Source: Balanoglossus misakiensis (Eukaryota > Animalia > Hemichordata). From it: 64,000 nucleotides of DNA. Position 1 is the first letter of the stretch. Each line of letters opens with the position of its first letter. Both the position numbers and the translations under genes were made by a program. Where the stretch lies: assembly GCA_040954595.2 (NCBI GenBank), contig CM082586.2:5380509-5444508 (forward strand). Reading direction: 5' to 3'. This document shows positions 44,201-58,397 of the stretch, in pieces. The notes beneath the pieces were generated by a model. It was not told the DNA's origin and searched no databases. It saw only the letters and a list, made by a program, of their open reading frames with translations.

Positions 44201-45671
44201 TTATGTATCACCACACCTGACCTATACCAGCTCCATTTACCATGTTGTGGAGTGTCCATGGTTGAAAAAAAAGCAGACTTGAGGGGACCACAAGTAACAT
44301 TTACTGGCTAAATGTCACGAAGTCACACTTAAGGGGCATATATCATGCACAGCAGATCTTTGGTTTCCCAATAGACAGTTCTATGCACTGACAAAAGAAT
44401 TACCCATGGGCCTTTAACATTTTGCAAGTGGCATCTAATTCCACAGAAGGAACATTCAATCCATTTGGTATCACTCCATCGATTCTACAGTCAACTTTTT
44501 TTATAGAATTTCTGCCATCATCTTTTAAGCTTACATAGCCATGTCCTTCTAGATGATCCTTGTCCAGAGCCAAAAAGTCAGGTTTGGTAAAAAACAAAGT
44601 GCCGTCAAAAGATAACATTATGTACCCTTCGAATGGCAAACGTCTAGATACTTGAAACGCTACGGTTGTTATCTGGCTCAGGTACGGTTGCTCTAGGTGC
44701 CGTGAGAATGCTGTAGAGTTAAGAGTAACCACTTCACTGCGTCCTACATCGGCTCAACTGAGGTCAATGTAGCGCCGTCTCACAACTATAGTTACCTAGC
44801 GATCGGTCAAGTATTTTGTTTTTATCCAGTTCTTTTCGGGCTTTATTGTTATGTACTTCTGTCTATTGTTTCTGACTCGGAGATCAATCTTCAGTTGTCC
44901 GATTCACTTCAATAAAATTGAGTTCCTTTGGGGGTGTATGGGAGCTCAGTCCTGTACAAGAGGTATGCAGTAAAACCTGTCTAAACTGAATCTTGTCTAA
45001 CATGAATCTCGTCTATATCGAACACTTTTCCCCATCTCTTTGACTCAGAACCTCATCTCAAGAGAACCTCTATGAATCGGACACCTCTGCTAACTGAACA
45101 TTTTCTTCATTCCCTTGGGTGCTTGGTTTAGACAGGTTTACTGTATGATGCAGGCGCAAATGGGTACCACAATTGTCTATCTCAGAAAACACTGCACATG
45201 CACACACACCAACAAAACTCACGGTCCCATTTTCGTATGTTTGAATTAGGTCTTATACATTGTGCAGTCTGTGTCCACTTTTTTTTTGCCAGATCAGTTT
45301 TGTGGACTTGTTTGCTCACTCGCTCACAGAATTCAATATCATTGTTCCATTTGTGAGAAAACATGCATGCAGTCTTAACTACTGGATGAGTCACAATCTT
45401 GTAATCTTTGTTGGAATCAGCTGCTGGCCATTTTAATACTCATTGGTGATAGCCATCTGAAGAAGTCATTTCCTGGGACACGACTGTAGCCTGAAGTACA
45501 GTGGCTTGTTCAGGAAATCTGAGATCAAAGTGAAATCCTGAGAAATGAGTGCCCACCATGGAGCAGTGCTGTCAAGTGTGTGTGTGTGGGGGGGGGGGGG
45601 GGGGGTATCTGTTATATTAAGGTATATATGGCTGTGTGTTCAAATCCCAGACTGCAATTTCGACCATTGTC

Positions 45672-45702
<31 letters not shown>

Positions 45703-48700
45703 TGGAAAAAAAACTCGCCCCAAAAGGGTGACACACATATTGGGAAACATTGGAAGTATTATTAAGTTCCACCGACAAGTGAACAATATATTTTAACCTG
45801 TAAATATTGATTTTAACACTCTCTGAATATTCCCTACAGAATCAAGTTGAAATTCTTGAATGATGAAACGATCCATTATGGAGTTTCACGTAATGGGAAA
45901 ATCAATAATCTATTGTAATGGGTAAATATCGCTTCTTAAGCCAATTAGCAGATTTGTGGGGTCAAAAGGTCAAAGGTCGGAAGGCCAGGGACAAGGTCCC
46001 TCATGGTGAAGTTTTGCACTTGGAATTGGATTTCTGTTAAAATTTGACTCATTCTCACCTGACTGTTAAAATAATTATTACAGGCATCCAGGATTAGACT
46101 ACCGGTAGTTTAGTATATAGGGTGAGAATTGCCATTCAGAAAAAGTAAAACTGCATGTTAAGAACACACACAGTAAATGTGATTCTGCTAATGATGAATA
46201 ACCAAAATTATATCCATTGACAAGCATGTTTATTTTAATGTCGGCAAGAATTATGATGTAGGGGAGATTTCTTTCAGTCTTGCACCAATGTTCCCCCGAA
46301 GCCAAGATAATACATCACTGACGCACGAAATTATACGTCACGTATAATTTCTTTTTTTTTTATTATCGCAAACATGCACAAAAATATAAAAATAGCAGAG
46401 TGACGCAAAGACATTTCAAAATATCCTCTGTGTTCTAGGGGATGATAGTCACGAAGTGTCCTTCAGATCTGTAAAAAAGAAAAAGCATTGAGGGAAATCG
46501 AGGAATTTCCATTTCCATTTCCATAGCAACCAGTGGGTTCCACTTCCATGGTCATCAGTGTTTCCTGTGTGTGTTTACTTGAAACAGCCAGCAAATACAA
46601 CAGAATTGCCTACTGACAGGACATATGTGCATTAACACATCTCATTTAGTTGCACCTTAGGTCCCGTTACAGTGATGAGATACATGCATCTAGCGAATTA
46701 GTATAATCCGTCACCCCTCTTGACAAGAGAATTCCGCCCGTAATGATGTGGAGCAAACGTTCAAGGATATACCTTTGAAAAAACAACCACCAAGCAACCA
46801 CTGCAGGCATTTGCGTATGTACCTGGATATACATGCACACATAGAAATCACTGACATATTGAGAAAATATAATGAACCGGAATATCTGTTTTTCCGTCTA
46901 TTGTGAGTTTGGGAATGAGTGAATGTCCTTGGTTTTGGACCACAGTGTGAGAGTTTGTGGGAAAAGATATTAATAAGACTTGGATGCATTAATTGCGTTT
47001 CAGTAATTCACATCATTGCCAGTAGACTGCTTGATTGAGGTTTTGTCTCAAATCAGTACAGTTCAAATCAAACCAGGTCCCAAGAAACCAAGAAATGTTC
47101 CTGAAAAATCAATGAAAAATTTCCTATTAAATCTAGGTATTTTGAATAATTGTATGAACCCTGGTTAATGAACATAGTTGAAAGTAAAAATATCTGTCGA
47201 TTGTAAAAAAATGTGATATAGCCTGTATACTGATGGTTGACTTCATTGCATATTTATGTAAAAAATCCATTTTTTTCTGATGAAAATAAACCTCAGCAAA
47301 GATCCGGTAAAATCAGTGGGAATGTTATATCATCCTATGATTTCCTTTGATGATTTGTGCAAAAACTCGTAATGAAAGAAAATCAGTTCCTTTTGATCTG
47401 GTTCCCATGGTGATCTGAAAGCTGTACAATGATAACTGTAAAGTGAAAATTCAAAATTATTTTACTTAATCAAGGTCCATTTGCCTGAATGTATATGCAC
47501 CAATGAGATTATCAAGACACTGTAATGATGTAAAATGTTGAAGTGAGATTATAAAAGGCTCTGGTTTTTGGATGTGTCATATTACATGACACAGAAGGTG
47601 CACGTTTTGATATCAGGCAAAATTTAGTATTGGGCTACGTCAAAGATTACCTTCAAGTAGTGTTAATGTAATATTGTCACAGTGATTTGATTTTCAGAAT
47701 CTTGCAATTTGCAAGATAACTCAGTTCCATTGGTTTAGGGCCAAATATATCAGTAAAATATACATACTCATCTTCTGTAGAATCAATATTTTTGAATTTT
47801 TTATCACGACTAGTGTGTACAAATAGCAAAGCAATCCCAAAGTAATGATAATTTTAAAAGACATATTAACCTGTTTAACCAAGATTTAGTGAAACGTAAT
47901 ATGTGGATGAAACCATTTACAGTAAAAGGGGGGGGGGGGGTCAAAAGAGAAAAAATGCAGTAAATTTAAGATGACTTGAATACTGCTGAGTCAGCTTTTT
48001 TAACCAATGATAAAACCCAATTACATGCATGTAGTCCAAATTTATCATATATGCCCTGTCATTCAAAGTAGCTATGGGTTAATAAGTATCTGAGTTAATC
48101 GTATTTGATGGTTCAGACAAGTACAATGGTAATAACCGTGTTTATACAATTCGCAAGAGAGATACTTGACATTTACAAGTCAGAAAAATCCAAGTAGTAA
48201 ATGAAAAAATAATATGTTGGTTTTAATGATGGCTCTCTGTGAGCTTTTAATTTTGATTGAATGTTACTCAAATCTTGGCCATAAATGAAATCACTTGATT
48301 TTAATACAGAAATAATATTGTATATGTGAAGTGGGAGTGTGATGGCTCTCAGCAGGGGAAGGTTTAATTTTCCTGCGTTTTGAGTGCTGGGAATGTGATA
48401 CTAATAAGAGTCAGATGAATAGTTACACAGTGATTTTTTCTCTCTCCATTGAAGTTATCATTGGTTCATTGAAAGGTTTGACAAGGGAAGACTTGATTCT
48501 TCTCTTGGGGCGAAAAATCATACATGCTCAATTGCACGTATTCAGCGACGCTGGCTCCGAATATATTTATTTTGCCTGTGGTTGGTGAGATAATGACGTT
48601 CTGCAAGAATGATTGGCAGTCGTAAGTGGTCCTGTTAATAAACGAAATGCCAAAACACTAAGATGCACATGACAATCATACTGAAAAAAATAGACAAAAG

Positions 48701-51700
48701 TTACAGACAGTGGAATGGGGCTTCACCGGTAAACTGTCATTACTGTGAAAAGAAGTAATCCATACTACAATAATAAAATAATCTAAGACCATATAAAAAT
48801 GTCAAAAATTATACAATACTTTGGTATCATATACCTTTGAATTGTATAAAATTGACAATTGCTATGCTAAATGTCATAATATGAAATGCTATACACTGTA
48901 CAGAGTGACTTTTACCATAAATATTAGGTTTCTAAAGATCATTGTAGATGTTTTCAAGAAAAAGGTCAAATAGTAGGCTGTTATTGCTGGAGGGTTTTCT
49001 AAAGTAAAGTATTCAAGAATAGATTTTTCCATCAAAGAGGATGAATTCCAAATTTCACTGAATCTGATTTAAAAATCACAAAATAATAAAAATACTGCTA
49101 TATGTTGAATTGTCACCTTCACACTAATCAAAGTGTTGTGTCTAAATTTTCACATTTTCTGTTCCATCGAGTGCAAAGATGCCTTTCTTGCGATGCCTTG
49201 AGCTCTTTAACAAAGCCTTGTATGACATTATAAAAATATATATCCATATAATCCCTTGGCCCATCTCAGTTGCAGTGAAAGATAGGAGGATGCTTGCCGA
49301 TCCTTATGAAAAATAGATATTCACGTTTAGACCTGAAGTAACTCCCACTTCCCAGGCACCAGTGCGAGCAGAGATTGTTTTCACTGGATTTGTCGGAAAA
49401 ACAAGACGTCATTTCCTATGCCTGACCCCATCTGTTGGCAAATGTTACAGATAGGTTCAAGGCACATTTCTGAGTGCAATGTACTGCTACCCTCATTTTA
49501 AAAAGAAGTCTTATTCATATTTTCTCGGAGAAAAACCAACGTCAGCAAAAAGAGCCTCTGGCGAAGCACACACACGACATGCAAAACAAAATTTGCATTT
49601 GACCTCGACCCCCCCCCCCCCCTCTGAAAATGCGACTGCGCCCCCGTAACCCTCTTACCACAATGGTTCAGTCCAAACCCTTTGTTTTCTATGGTAAGGT
49701 TGTACCTCTTTTGAGGTAACTGGGGGTGAAAGGGTTAAAATGTCGCTCCCAAGGTTGATTCCAGGAGATATGATGATCTGATATCATTCTTACAAGCAAT
49801 GTCTGTCCTTTTGATTGGGAAATGGAACACAGAAGCCAGCAGAATGTCTCGTGTAGAATTGAGCTAGTTAAAAATATGGCCTTTAAGGCAAAAATAACTC
49901 TAATTAAGGTAGTATGCACATGGAAAATAAAGTCTTAAACTTTTCATAGTTTGCTCAAGGCAACGTTAAGAATCTGTTAAATTGTAAAAAAATAAAAAAA
50001 ATGTTGTTTTTTTGCACTCTGTATCGGTAATTTTCATGTCCTGTGCTGTGCTGTGCTGTAGAAAAATAAACTTCAAATGTTACTGTACCCAATGCTGAAA
50101 GAATTCCCAATTTCATGTATAAATTTATATTCAGGACATCCAAGTTGTATATAGGGAAGATAATTCTACCCACAGCCAGACCCTGAATGCTCCCAGTGAT
50201 GTTCTACACATGCTACGGAAATGTGATTTAAAGTGTTAAACCAGGATCATGCTGGCTGTGACACTATGCTTTAATTTCCTGTCGGACGGACAGCTCAGAG
50301 AAATTATCTGATGTCTACTGTAGCCTGAATTCAAGGGATCTGATGAGCGATCATAATACTTCTTTGAAAGCATTGACAGATTTTGACACAATGATGGGTT
50401 TAGAGGTACACGGTCAGTGACTGATGTGACGGGACATATTAAAGGTACACAGTCAGTGTCTGACCTGTGTTAAAGGTACACATTAGATCATGATCAAATT
50501 TAAAATGTTTAATGTTTAAAAAAATCCTGCAGAAATAAAAACTCTTTGCGTAGAATCTAATTTTGATAGTGTAGATCAACACATTGAACTTCTATCTGCA
50601 TTTCTACAGTATTTTTCTTGTATAATTTTTATCCATTAAAGCACACTTACTGAATGTTGTTTATGACGAACTTACACGTTATGACGAACTTACAGACACA
50701 AGCATATAAGATCTTGATCAGTGGTGACAGGATGATACAGTTTAGGTCAAACGTACATTTTTAGAAAATACTTGTGCCAAGGGGCATATTTGGACTGACA
50801 AGACTGAAAGTTGTTGACAGATAGTGAGGATGGTACTGCAGTTAGCGCAAAATGGTTATCTTATTTATCTACTAAGATTATATTAAGATAAACTGGGGTG
50901 TTATTTTTGGAAAATTGGTTCTGCTTTGGGGATGTAAGACTGATTTTAATATTAAAATTTGAGACATTATCTAAAAAAAATCCTCTTTCGTTTGCAGTAA
51001 TTTTCCTAAATTTCTGTCAAAAAATGTTACCCCCGGAAAGCACAATGAAGATTCCATGGTATTCCTTAAGATTATCCAAGCTCCCATCTCCACAACAACC
51101 TCCGTTTTTCCGCCTTCATGTCTGAGTTTCAAATAATGTGTGCTTTGACTCACATGCGATTTGCCATGTAAATATGAGTTTTCTGACACGCAATTGTGGT
51201 CTCCGAGGACCACTGCTTGAAGCAGTTACGCTTTACTTACTAGATTGCTTGTGATGTGTGTGTGTACGTGTATACACTATACGTGCACATATAGTGATGA
51301 GTTCATCCAGTCTCGTCAAATGTTTTGCCATGCTTTGTCATTATGATCTCCGGAAAATCCATTACTGGATGTTTTCCCTGCTCAGTCCAGGAAAAGAGCA
51401 AAAAGCTTTCTCTGCTTTAGTCGACTTCATATCACAAGAATTTCCCAGTGACAAACATTATCAAGCTCCATTAGGCTTTTTTGACAGGAGGGATGTAGAA
51501 GGTTTAATATTGCAGCTGGAAATCGGGGAGATATAGGTGGTCACAAGCTACATTTGTATATGTGGAGAATATTTCAATGATTTTTCCATCAAATAAACAT
51601 TTTATACAGCCAGTAATGCATTGTTCAAAGGTGGTTAATTTCCCCCAATTTTTCCAATGAATTCACATTTGTTTAGCTAAAGTAATACAGTGTTCATAAT

Positions 51701-54700
51701 TGGTGGTTACTGTCTATAGGTTGTTTAATGCAAGAAGTGCCAAAAATATTCACTTATCCTGTTGTGGAATTTTACAATATTTATATTGTCGCTTGATGCA
51801 AATCATATAACATTGCTTAATTCTTTTTTTTATTTTCAGAGGAAAAATGGGTTTGATCCATCAAAGTTCAGAGAAGCCAATGCAACTCAACCGGTAAGTG
51901 TTGCAGCTCCTGAACAGACCATTGGAAAAACATTGATTGATTGATTGATAAGTCAACTGGGTGAATGTTTGTTGTGCGGGATAAATAGAATGATGCTGTT
52001 AGCCAAAACTAACATGTGAAAATTAGAGTAAAATTTGACATAATTAATTTTTTGGGGTGGTACACTCTAAAATCATAGTGGCACACACAGACTTTGTAAG
52101 GTACCTTAAATCCACTGTTTAGGTTCCTATTCTACATTTTCTCCAACAAATATACATGCATTGTGTGGGTGTTTGGCAAGGACGGTGTTATCAGTGACCT
52201 AGGGGTGATCACATGTGTTTGAATGTTCAACGCGTGGCTGCAGAAAACCAATCAGATTGGACAGGTGTAATTTAAAATGCAAATCTTGGATCTTTGCAAG
52301 AATAGGGCAGATTACCTTGAGATAAATGTAAAAACAGCATGCAAGCAATTAGAAGATAACTTTGCACATGTATGCCCTGTCTGGAAAACTGCTGCAGGTT
52401 TATCAGACAATAAGTTAACTTGAAAATGTAATTTCCCGCTTGCTTCAATCAACAGTGGATAAATCGCCCAACATCAGAATCAATTTATAGTGAGAAAAGA
52501 GTGTTTTATTTGATAATGGAAGTTCATTAAATCTACACTGACGTGACATTGCATGACCGTCTCGCAATCCAGCTCCAAGATCCTAGCAATTACTGATTCT
52601 TATTTTCTTGCGGAGGGGGTATTTCTCGATCAAAATATTGAACAAAATATGACTTGGCATTTTTTTTAAAATGCAGATATCAAGGTATTAAATCATTGAA
52701 AGTAATCCGAGAGTGCTTTCATGCAATCATATTTGGTTTAGTAATTAATTAGCAACATTGAAGCCTGAAAATGAAATTTTGTCTGTTCACCAGAGTGTAT
52801 CATCTTTATCATTATTTTTTTTTAATCAGAGCCTCATTTATCTCCAGCCTAGTTTTGTTTGAGAGTTCACACCTTCAAAGCCAGTTAACTGGATTATAAA
52901 ATCTACCTTCGGGCAGACGAAGAGATAGTCTGTCATTTTTCTTCGACATGGGAAAAGATATTGGAGAGTAATATATATATCCCGCGGTTATACCAGATCA
53001 GATACAGGTATTATGGTGAACGTATAAGACTTGGAAGTTAAGGTGATTAGTGTTCCTGATTTATCATCTCTTAAAATCATGTTTCATTTCAAAGAAAAAA
53101 AATGCAATATTGTTGATTCAAGTCACTAGTTCAGTGGATAACTGCAGATTGTATGCGACATCCAATCTAGACAACCATATGATTATTTTAGAAATCGCAA
53201 CTGCAAAACGTGAATATTTTATGAACTCAGTGGAGGGATTACAATTTGTTCTACAGATCTTTAAAGAGTAATATTGCGAGTGATTTCAAAAACCACGCCG
53301 TCATGTAAATAATCCATTATTCAAAATTTGAATCACAAGAGGAGTTGGTTGTTGGCATATGCTTTCATAATGTTATGATATGACCTTTATATTGAGCCCG
53401 GAGAAGATATGTATTTGCATCAAAGTATTTGTTTTAAAATATCTTCAGGACTGGTTTAAATTTTAAATTACAATACATGTACAGTACAATATAGTGTTTC
53501 TGGCCAAACTGTTTCCTGTAGTCTCAGCCAGTGTTGTACACCTGGGCTTAATCAAGCATGAGAATTATTGATGCGAGGAATGTTTAAATATTAATTGTGA
53601 TACAGAAAAGCAATTTACAGAAAAAATTAATGTTATTTCACAAATCTTGTGAGAATCATGCATAATGAATTGAAACAAACAGGAAATTTATTACCCATCT
53701 AATATGTCCCATATAGCACTATGTTAGGACACAATTCCTATGATGATGTTTCATCGTTTGTACACACTTTAACTTCATATGTAAACACTAGAATGCGACC
53801 AAAAACACACATTCAAAGAATTAGTCTATATTTACAGGGATTTTAAATCATTATGTTAACTGTGCCTGGCATACCTTTACTGCCATTTATTTTTTTGACC
53901 GGTTTAGTTTTTCTAATCTCAGCTGATTAATGAAACCTTCTAAGATAAAGTTTTAGTGGATTGGAAATAATAAAATTATCATGCAAAGACAAAATCTATG
54001 CAGTTGGAACCTGATCTGAAACATCGACAGTGATAAACGTCCTCTCTGTGAAAATGCATGCTATGCTGGATTTGAATTCACGTCCACAAGATGTCTCCTC
54101 GCATATCAAACAATAAATTAAATTGACGACTGACACCTTTATGATTTGTAAAGTCCAACTCCTGCCGTTTTGTCAAGTGTGTGTACCTCTACACGCGAAA
54201 TGGCTAGTTGTTAAGATCTCAAACTGATAAAATATTAATATCCGTAAGTGGAGTATATGAAATATTGATGTCTGGAGCAGTCGTGTAGTTCCTGGCTCTG
54301 CCATCTCACATACCTGAGTAGCGCTGTTGTTTGCGAAAATGTCAAGTGTTCTAAATTCTTATCAAACATGCGAGGAAAAAATCTTGAGTGAAAGCAGGCA
54401 GATAGCAGGGTAAATGATTGGTTGAGGTTGTCAGACAGAATTTTTTTTATACAGATCAAATGCGAGCCATGTTGAAAATATGCTTTGTTTCTCTTATCCG
54501 TTGCTCACAGAATATAAGTTGCAATCAGGGACTGTATATATAAGGGACAGGATAGGAGGATCAGCTAATGCTATCTTAGATTTTGAGCATAACAGAATAA
54601 TATTTTTGTGTGTCATGTGAACACAGGAATGTGAAATTATTAATGTGCTCAAAAAGAGTACATGGAGAGTATTTGGATGTCTCGTTTCCATGGACACAAC

Positions 54701-56093
54701 CTCACTTTGATGGTTCAAAGGGAGTCACTCAAGAGGAAACTGTAAAGTAGGTGGTTAAATTGATTTCATGGAAGGGGAAAAATGGAGCTGGTTCATGGTT
54801 GGGGTAGAAGTGTTTTCTGGGAAAAGTGGTGAGTTGGTGACTGTGGTTACCCAGGCAACAGAGAAAGCACAACAAAACAAGACTGTTGCATTTGCAAGGT
54901 GAATGATTTTTCAGGCAGAATGGAATTGTTATTTTCACCTGACGAGCGTTCTTCACTCGGACAAGTTCGAAGGTTAAATCCCCTCTACGGGAAATGATAG
55001 CACAGGATGTGTGTGATGAAGAACAACATTTAAGCAATCACAGTGCAATTAGTTTTTACAGCCAGACTGCAGGTGCCTGAGTTGAATACAAAAGAAAAAA
55101 AGTTGATCTGAATGATTCATGACAGGATAGCGGCCACTTTTTGTCTCTGTTGTTCTCAGAGCAGAACGGACGCCTCCTCACCTGTCTTCCTGTGTGGTCA
55201 CAAACATTTATAAAAACCTGGAATAATAATTGATTACGTTTGATAAAATTTGCTGTTATGTTGCCATGACAACCAACAATAGAGATTGTTGTCTGCACAT
55301 GCACCTATCCTTAGGAGTCTTCAGATATTGGCAATTTAAGGTTTCATATACAATTAGTGTTTTTTCCAAGAATTTTTCTTCGTGCATGAAGTTCTCCCCA
55401 AATCACTTACATGTTTTCAACATGAGGTGCATGGTTTTATTTTTGTAGCCTATGAACTGCTACTTTTTGCATTATTTTCATGATTTTACTTTCAAACTTA
55501 GATTGGGCCATTTTAAATAAGCTTCCTGACAGGTATACATGACTGTATTATCAACCTCTGGTTGTGGCTGTACGTTGAAATGTGAAAAAATTAACACTGA
55601 CAAATTTTCCCTTGATTTTCAGAAAAATGAGATCTACCGTGAAACAACTTACAGTGATTACAAATTAGACAAAGGTCAAGAAGAGGTCACAAATTCTCAG
55701 GGTGTGTCGGTGACAAACTGGCGGTAAGTCCAATCATAAAAAAGAAAGAATATTTTTTTTAAAATACCTAACCTGGTTAAACAAAAATTCCAAACTGGTT
55801 TTCCAGTTCATCTTTATGTAGTTGACACAACTCTCCTTTTTCTCAATTTAAAAGAAACATACCCAAGGCACCAAGGAGTCTAGTCTTGAATTCAGATTTA
55901 ATTAGGGATGATATGTCGTTTTCTCGTTCAGAGCTCTCTCAATATGTTCCATCAAACTCAAGTTTGAAATGTTGTCTTTCTTCCATACAGGAGACATCCA
56001 CTTTCCGCCAAATCCAAACGATCCTTGGGATTCCATTACGATTCCTCAGAAGAACAACTCATATCCGAGATCGAACATCAATTCACCCTTTGA
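41235..56093 (+). CDS. CYS1: Cystin-1-like N-myristoylated protein
   Basis: Exons 41235-41870, 51840-51893, 55623-55723, 55991-56093 (phases 0, 0, 2). N-terminus MGSGASK (myristoylation; vertebrate cystin MGSGSSR). Central helix IKALQGELDQVLEG resembles cystin TLRLLDELLAES; C-terminus HYDSSEEQLISEIEHQFTL resembles cystin SYDHSEEGLMASIEREYCR. Vertebrate sequences are recalled; additional small exons may be missed. Confidence 0.7.
44130..45540 (-). pseudogene. Decayed multi-exon coding sequence, antisense and nested in intron 1 of the cystin-like gene
   Basis: Exon-like minus-strand blocks ~45537-45223 (FHFDLRFPEQATVLQATVVSQEMTSSDGYHQ*VLKWPAADSNKDYKIVTHPVVKTACMFSHKWNND..., one in-frame TGA), ~44692-44404 (EQPYLSQITTVAFQVSRRLPFEGYIMLSFDGTLFF...) and ~44307-44134 (PVNVTCGPLKSAFFSTMDTPQHGKWSWYRSGVVIHKSPQVFANILQALEE...). 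They have AG/GT borders but inconsistent phases. Family not recognised. Confidence 0.45.
44968..45143. mobile_element. pogo/Tigger (Tc1-mariner superfamily)-type MITE
   Basis: TIRs cagtaaaacctgtctaaac ... gtttagacaggtttactg; TA on the right flank and TG (mutated TA) on the left; ~176 bp, no ORF. Confidence 0.75.
49646..49738 (+). mobile_element. piggyBac-type MITE copy
   Basis: gtaa-ccctcttaccacaatggttcagtccaaaccctttgttttctatggtaaggttgtacctc...actgggggtgaaaggg-ttaa. Confidence 0.8.
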
Positions 56094-57670
56094 CCTTTTG
56101 ACCCTATTGGATACTGATGTCAGGTGCTACCATGACGACGCTGCCCTGGGCAACAAACAAGCAGCAATGGAAGGACATTTCTCTGCAATAATCCTGTGTT
56201 TTGCAAAATTTACTGAAGTCAAGGTTTAAATACAACACAGATTTTATTTTCTGATATCTGACTGGAGGCCTAGTCTTTGTTTTATCAGTGACCAGTTAGC
56301 TTTAGTATAGTTACAAGAATCTTCTAGATATCTACCTTTTAATAAGGGTCTGTATTGCCATACTCTTATCAGTGGAAACAGTTTTACATAGAACTCTGCT
56401 AAAATACGAACGACGAAATTGATGTCTTTGTCACTGATGATCAGACATACAGTGAAAATGCAAGTTTTAAAAAAAATCTGATGTGTGCAAAATATTTGAT
56501 AGATGTTTATGGGATCAAATTATACAAACTCTTCGATAGGCGTGTATACCGGTATATATGACTGCATATTTGCTCATATCACACTCTAATTGTTGAGAGT
56601 TATTCTGATCTTGTCACAAAATTTACATATTTGCTATCAAGTTTACATATTTTTGTTAGCCATATGGTGATTGGGCCCCACATTGCACTGGCCATAAAGT
56701 GGTGTTTTATGATTTTGCTCCAGTGTCCCATGGATGACTGGATCGATAGGAATTTATCGATATGATGGAGGGGAGAAACTGGTGTAGGACAGTACCGAGA
56801 ATATAATGCATGTGTGAATAAAGATGTGCAAACTCCTGCAAAGTGAAATGGTAGATTTATAACAAAAGTTAACAGCTGAAATTTCATGCTGATCGAATGA
56901 TTCATGTCCGCTGGTTAGCCCAACCAATGATCGCTGGAGTAATTAATTTATATGAATTTTAGGGCTATTTTCCTGCTTATTTATTGTCTAAAATACATCC
57001 ATCCATGCAAATGTTTATGATTCAATGGAGATGCCTCATGTGCCTAAAATATGTCAGTCACCATTTTACTATATATGCATGGTAATTGTTGTTTTACATA
57101 TTGACTGGTAGCCCATAAGTTACGCTGATTTTGTGATTGGCAGCTATCAATTACTGTCACTGTTTAATAAGCATATCACTTTGTTAAGATTAATTGTATT
57201 GAGTCTATGGCTGATCAATTACTGCAAACATTGATCTAGTTACTATGATTGACAGCTGTCAGTCAGGTGTCATAACAACTCGAAGAAAACAAACTCACCA
57301 ACAACATTGGTGCTTCGATGTTAAAAACAAAATATCCAACAATTGTGTGCAAGTTTTTTCTCAGTGCAATTTTTATGGTAATTTGATAATATATGCGGTG
57401 ACAAAATTTGAGTGCACAGTGTAATTTATTGAATATTTAAATAATAGCATTGTGAATTATATATAATAGTAATTTCAGAATTTTAAGTCAATTATTCTGT
57501 TGTGTAATGAAGAAAAATTGGCAAATTGTAAATAGTAGATTTTATGACAAGAAACCAGCTTGTTCTTAGGAATGCATTGTATGTTTCCACACTGCACAGT
57601 CAAAAATGCCATATTGTGTAAAAAACACCTTGAATATTTGACAATAAAAGAACAAATTTATATTTGTCTT

Positions 57671-57768
57671 TGTATGTATGTATGTATGTATGTATGTATG
57701 TATGTATGTATGTATGTATGTATGTATGTATGTATGTATGTATGTATGTATGTATGTATGTATGTATG
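57671..57768. repeat. (TATG)n microsatellite
   Basis: Direct reading. Confidence 0.97.
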
Positions 57769-58397
57769 AATATGACATCAATGCCATGTCAGTCTTCACA
57801 TTAGTGGTAAATAAACAACTGACACTGATGAAAATGCACTTTAGATAGACCTCTGTATATTCGCTAGAAAAACCAATAACCCTACTGGTTGCCAAGAACT
57901 TCAGTACTACATTAACAGTGTTCACAGATTGACATCAGCCAATCTGTGGGCAGTCTTCTTGTAGATAATGAAAATACAACAATTTCAGTTGATTAAAAGA
58001 TCAGTTCTTCATTTCAATTGCACAACTTTCCCATTTTAAGCCAAAAGAGGTGAGAAATTTAAGATAAAACAATCTGAAAGAAGGCAGTGAGTGTCATATA
58101 CACCGTACGTACCGGATCTACTCTGCAAATGCAGATAGCAGCATTTAAATTCAATAATAAATAAGAGTTGTATTTGTAAATAAAATGAACTATGCAGAAG
58201 TTCTCCAGATATAAATTTTAGCTGATCAATTCATAAATAATTATCTAAAGTGCATCTTGCTGAATAAATACGTTCAATAAATACTATTATGACTGACCAA
58301 ATGTGGGCCATTTTGTCATAAAACCCAGTTGCTGACATAGTGTGGATGGGGGACCCATATATTTGGAAAATAGGGGTGCGAGACTTTGATTGCATCA

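Noticed and set aside
45588-45702. Poly-G followed by poly-C run as a structured RNA or proline-rich protein
   Set aside because: Homopolymer runs recur throughout the window (10373, 14853, 24161, 47928, 49609); simple-sequence expansion is the simpler explanation.
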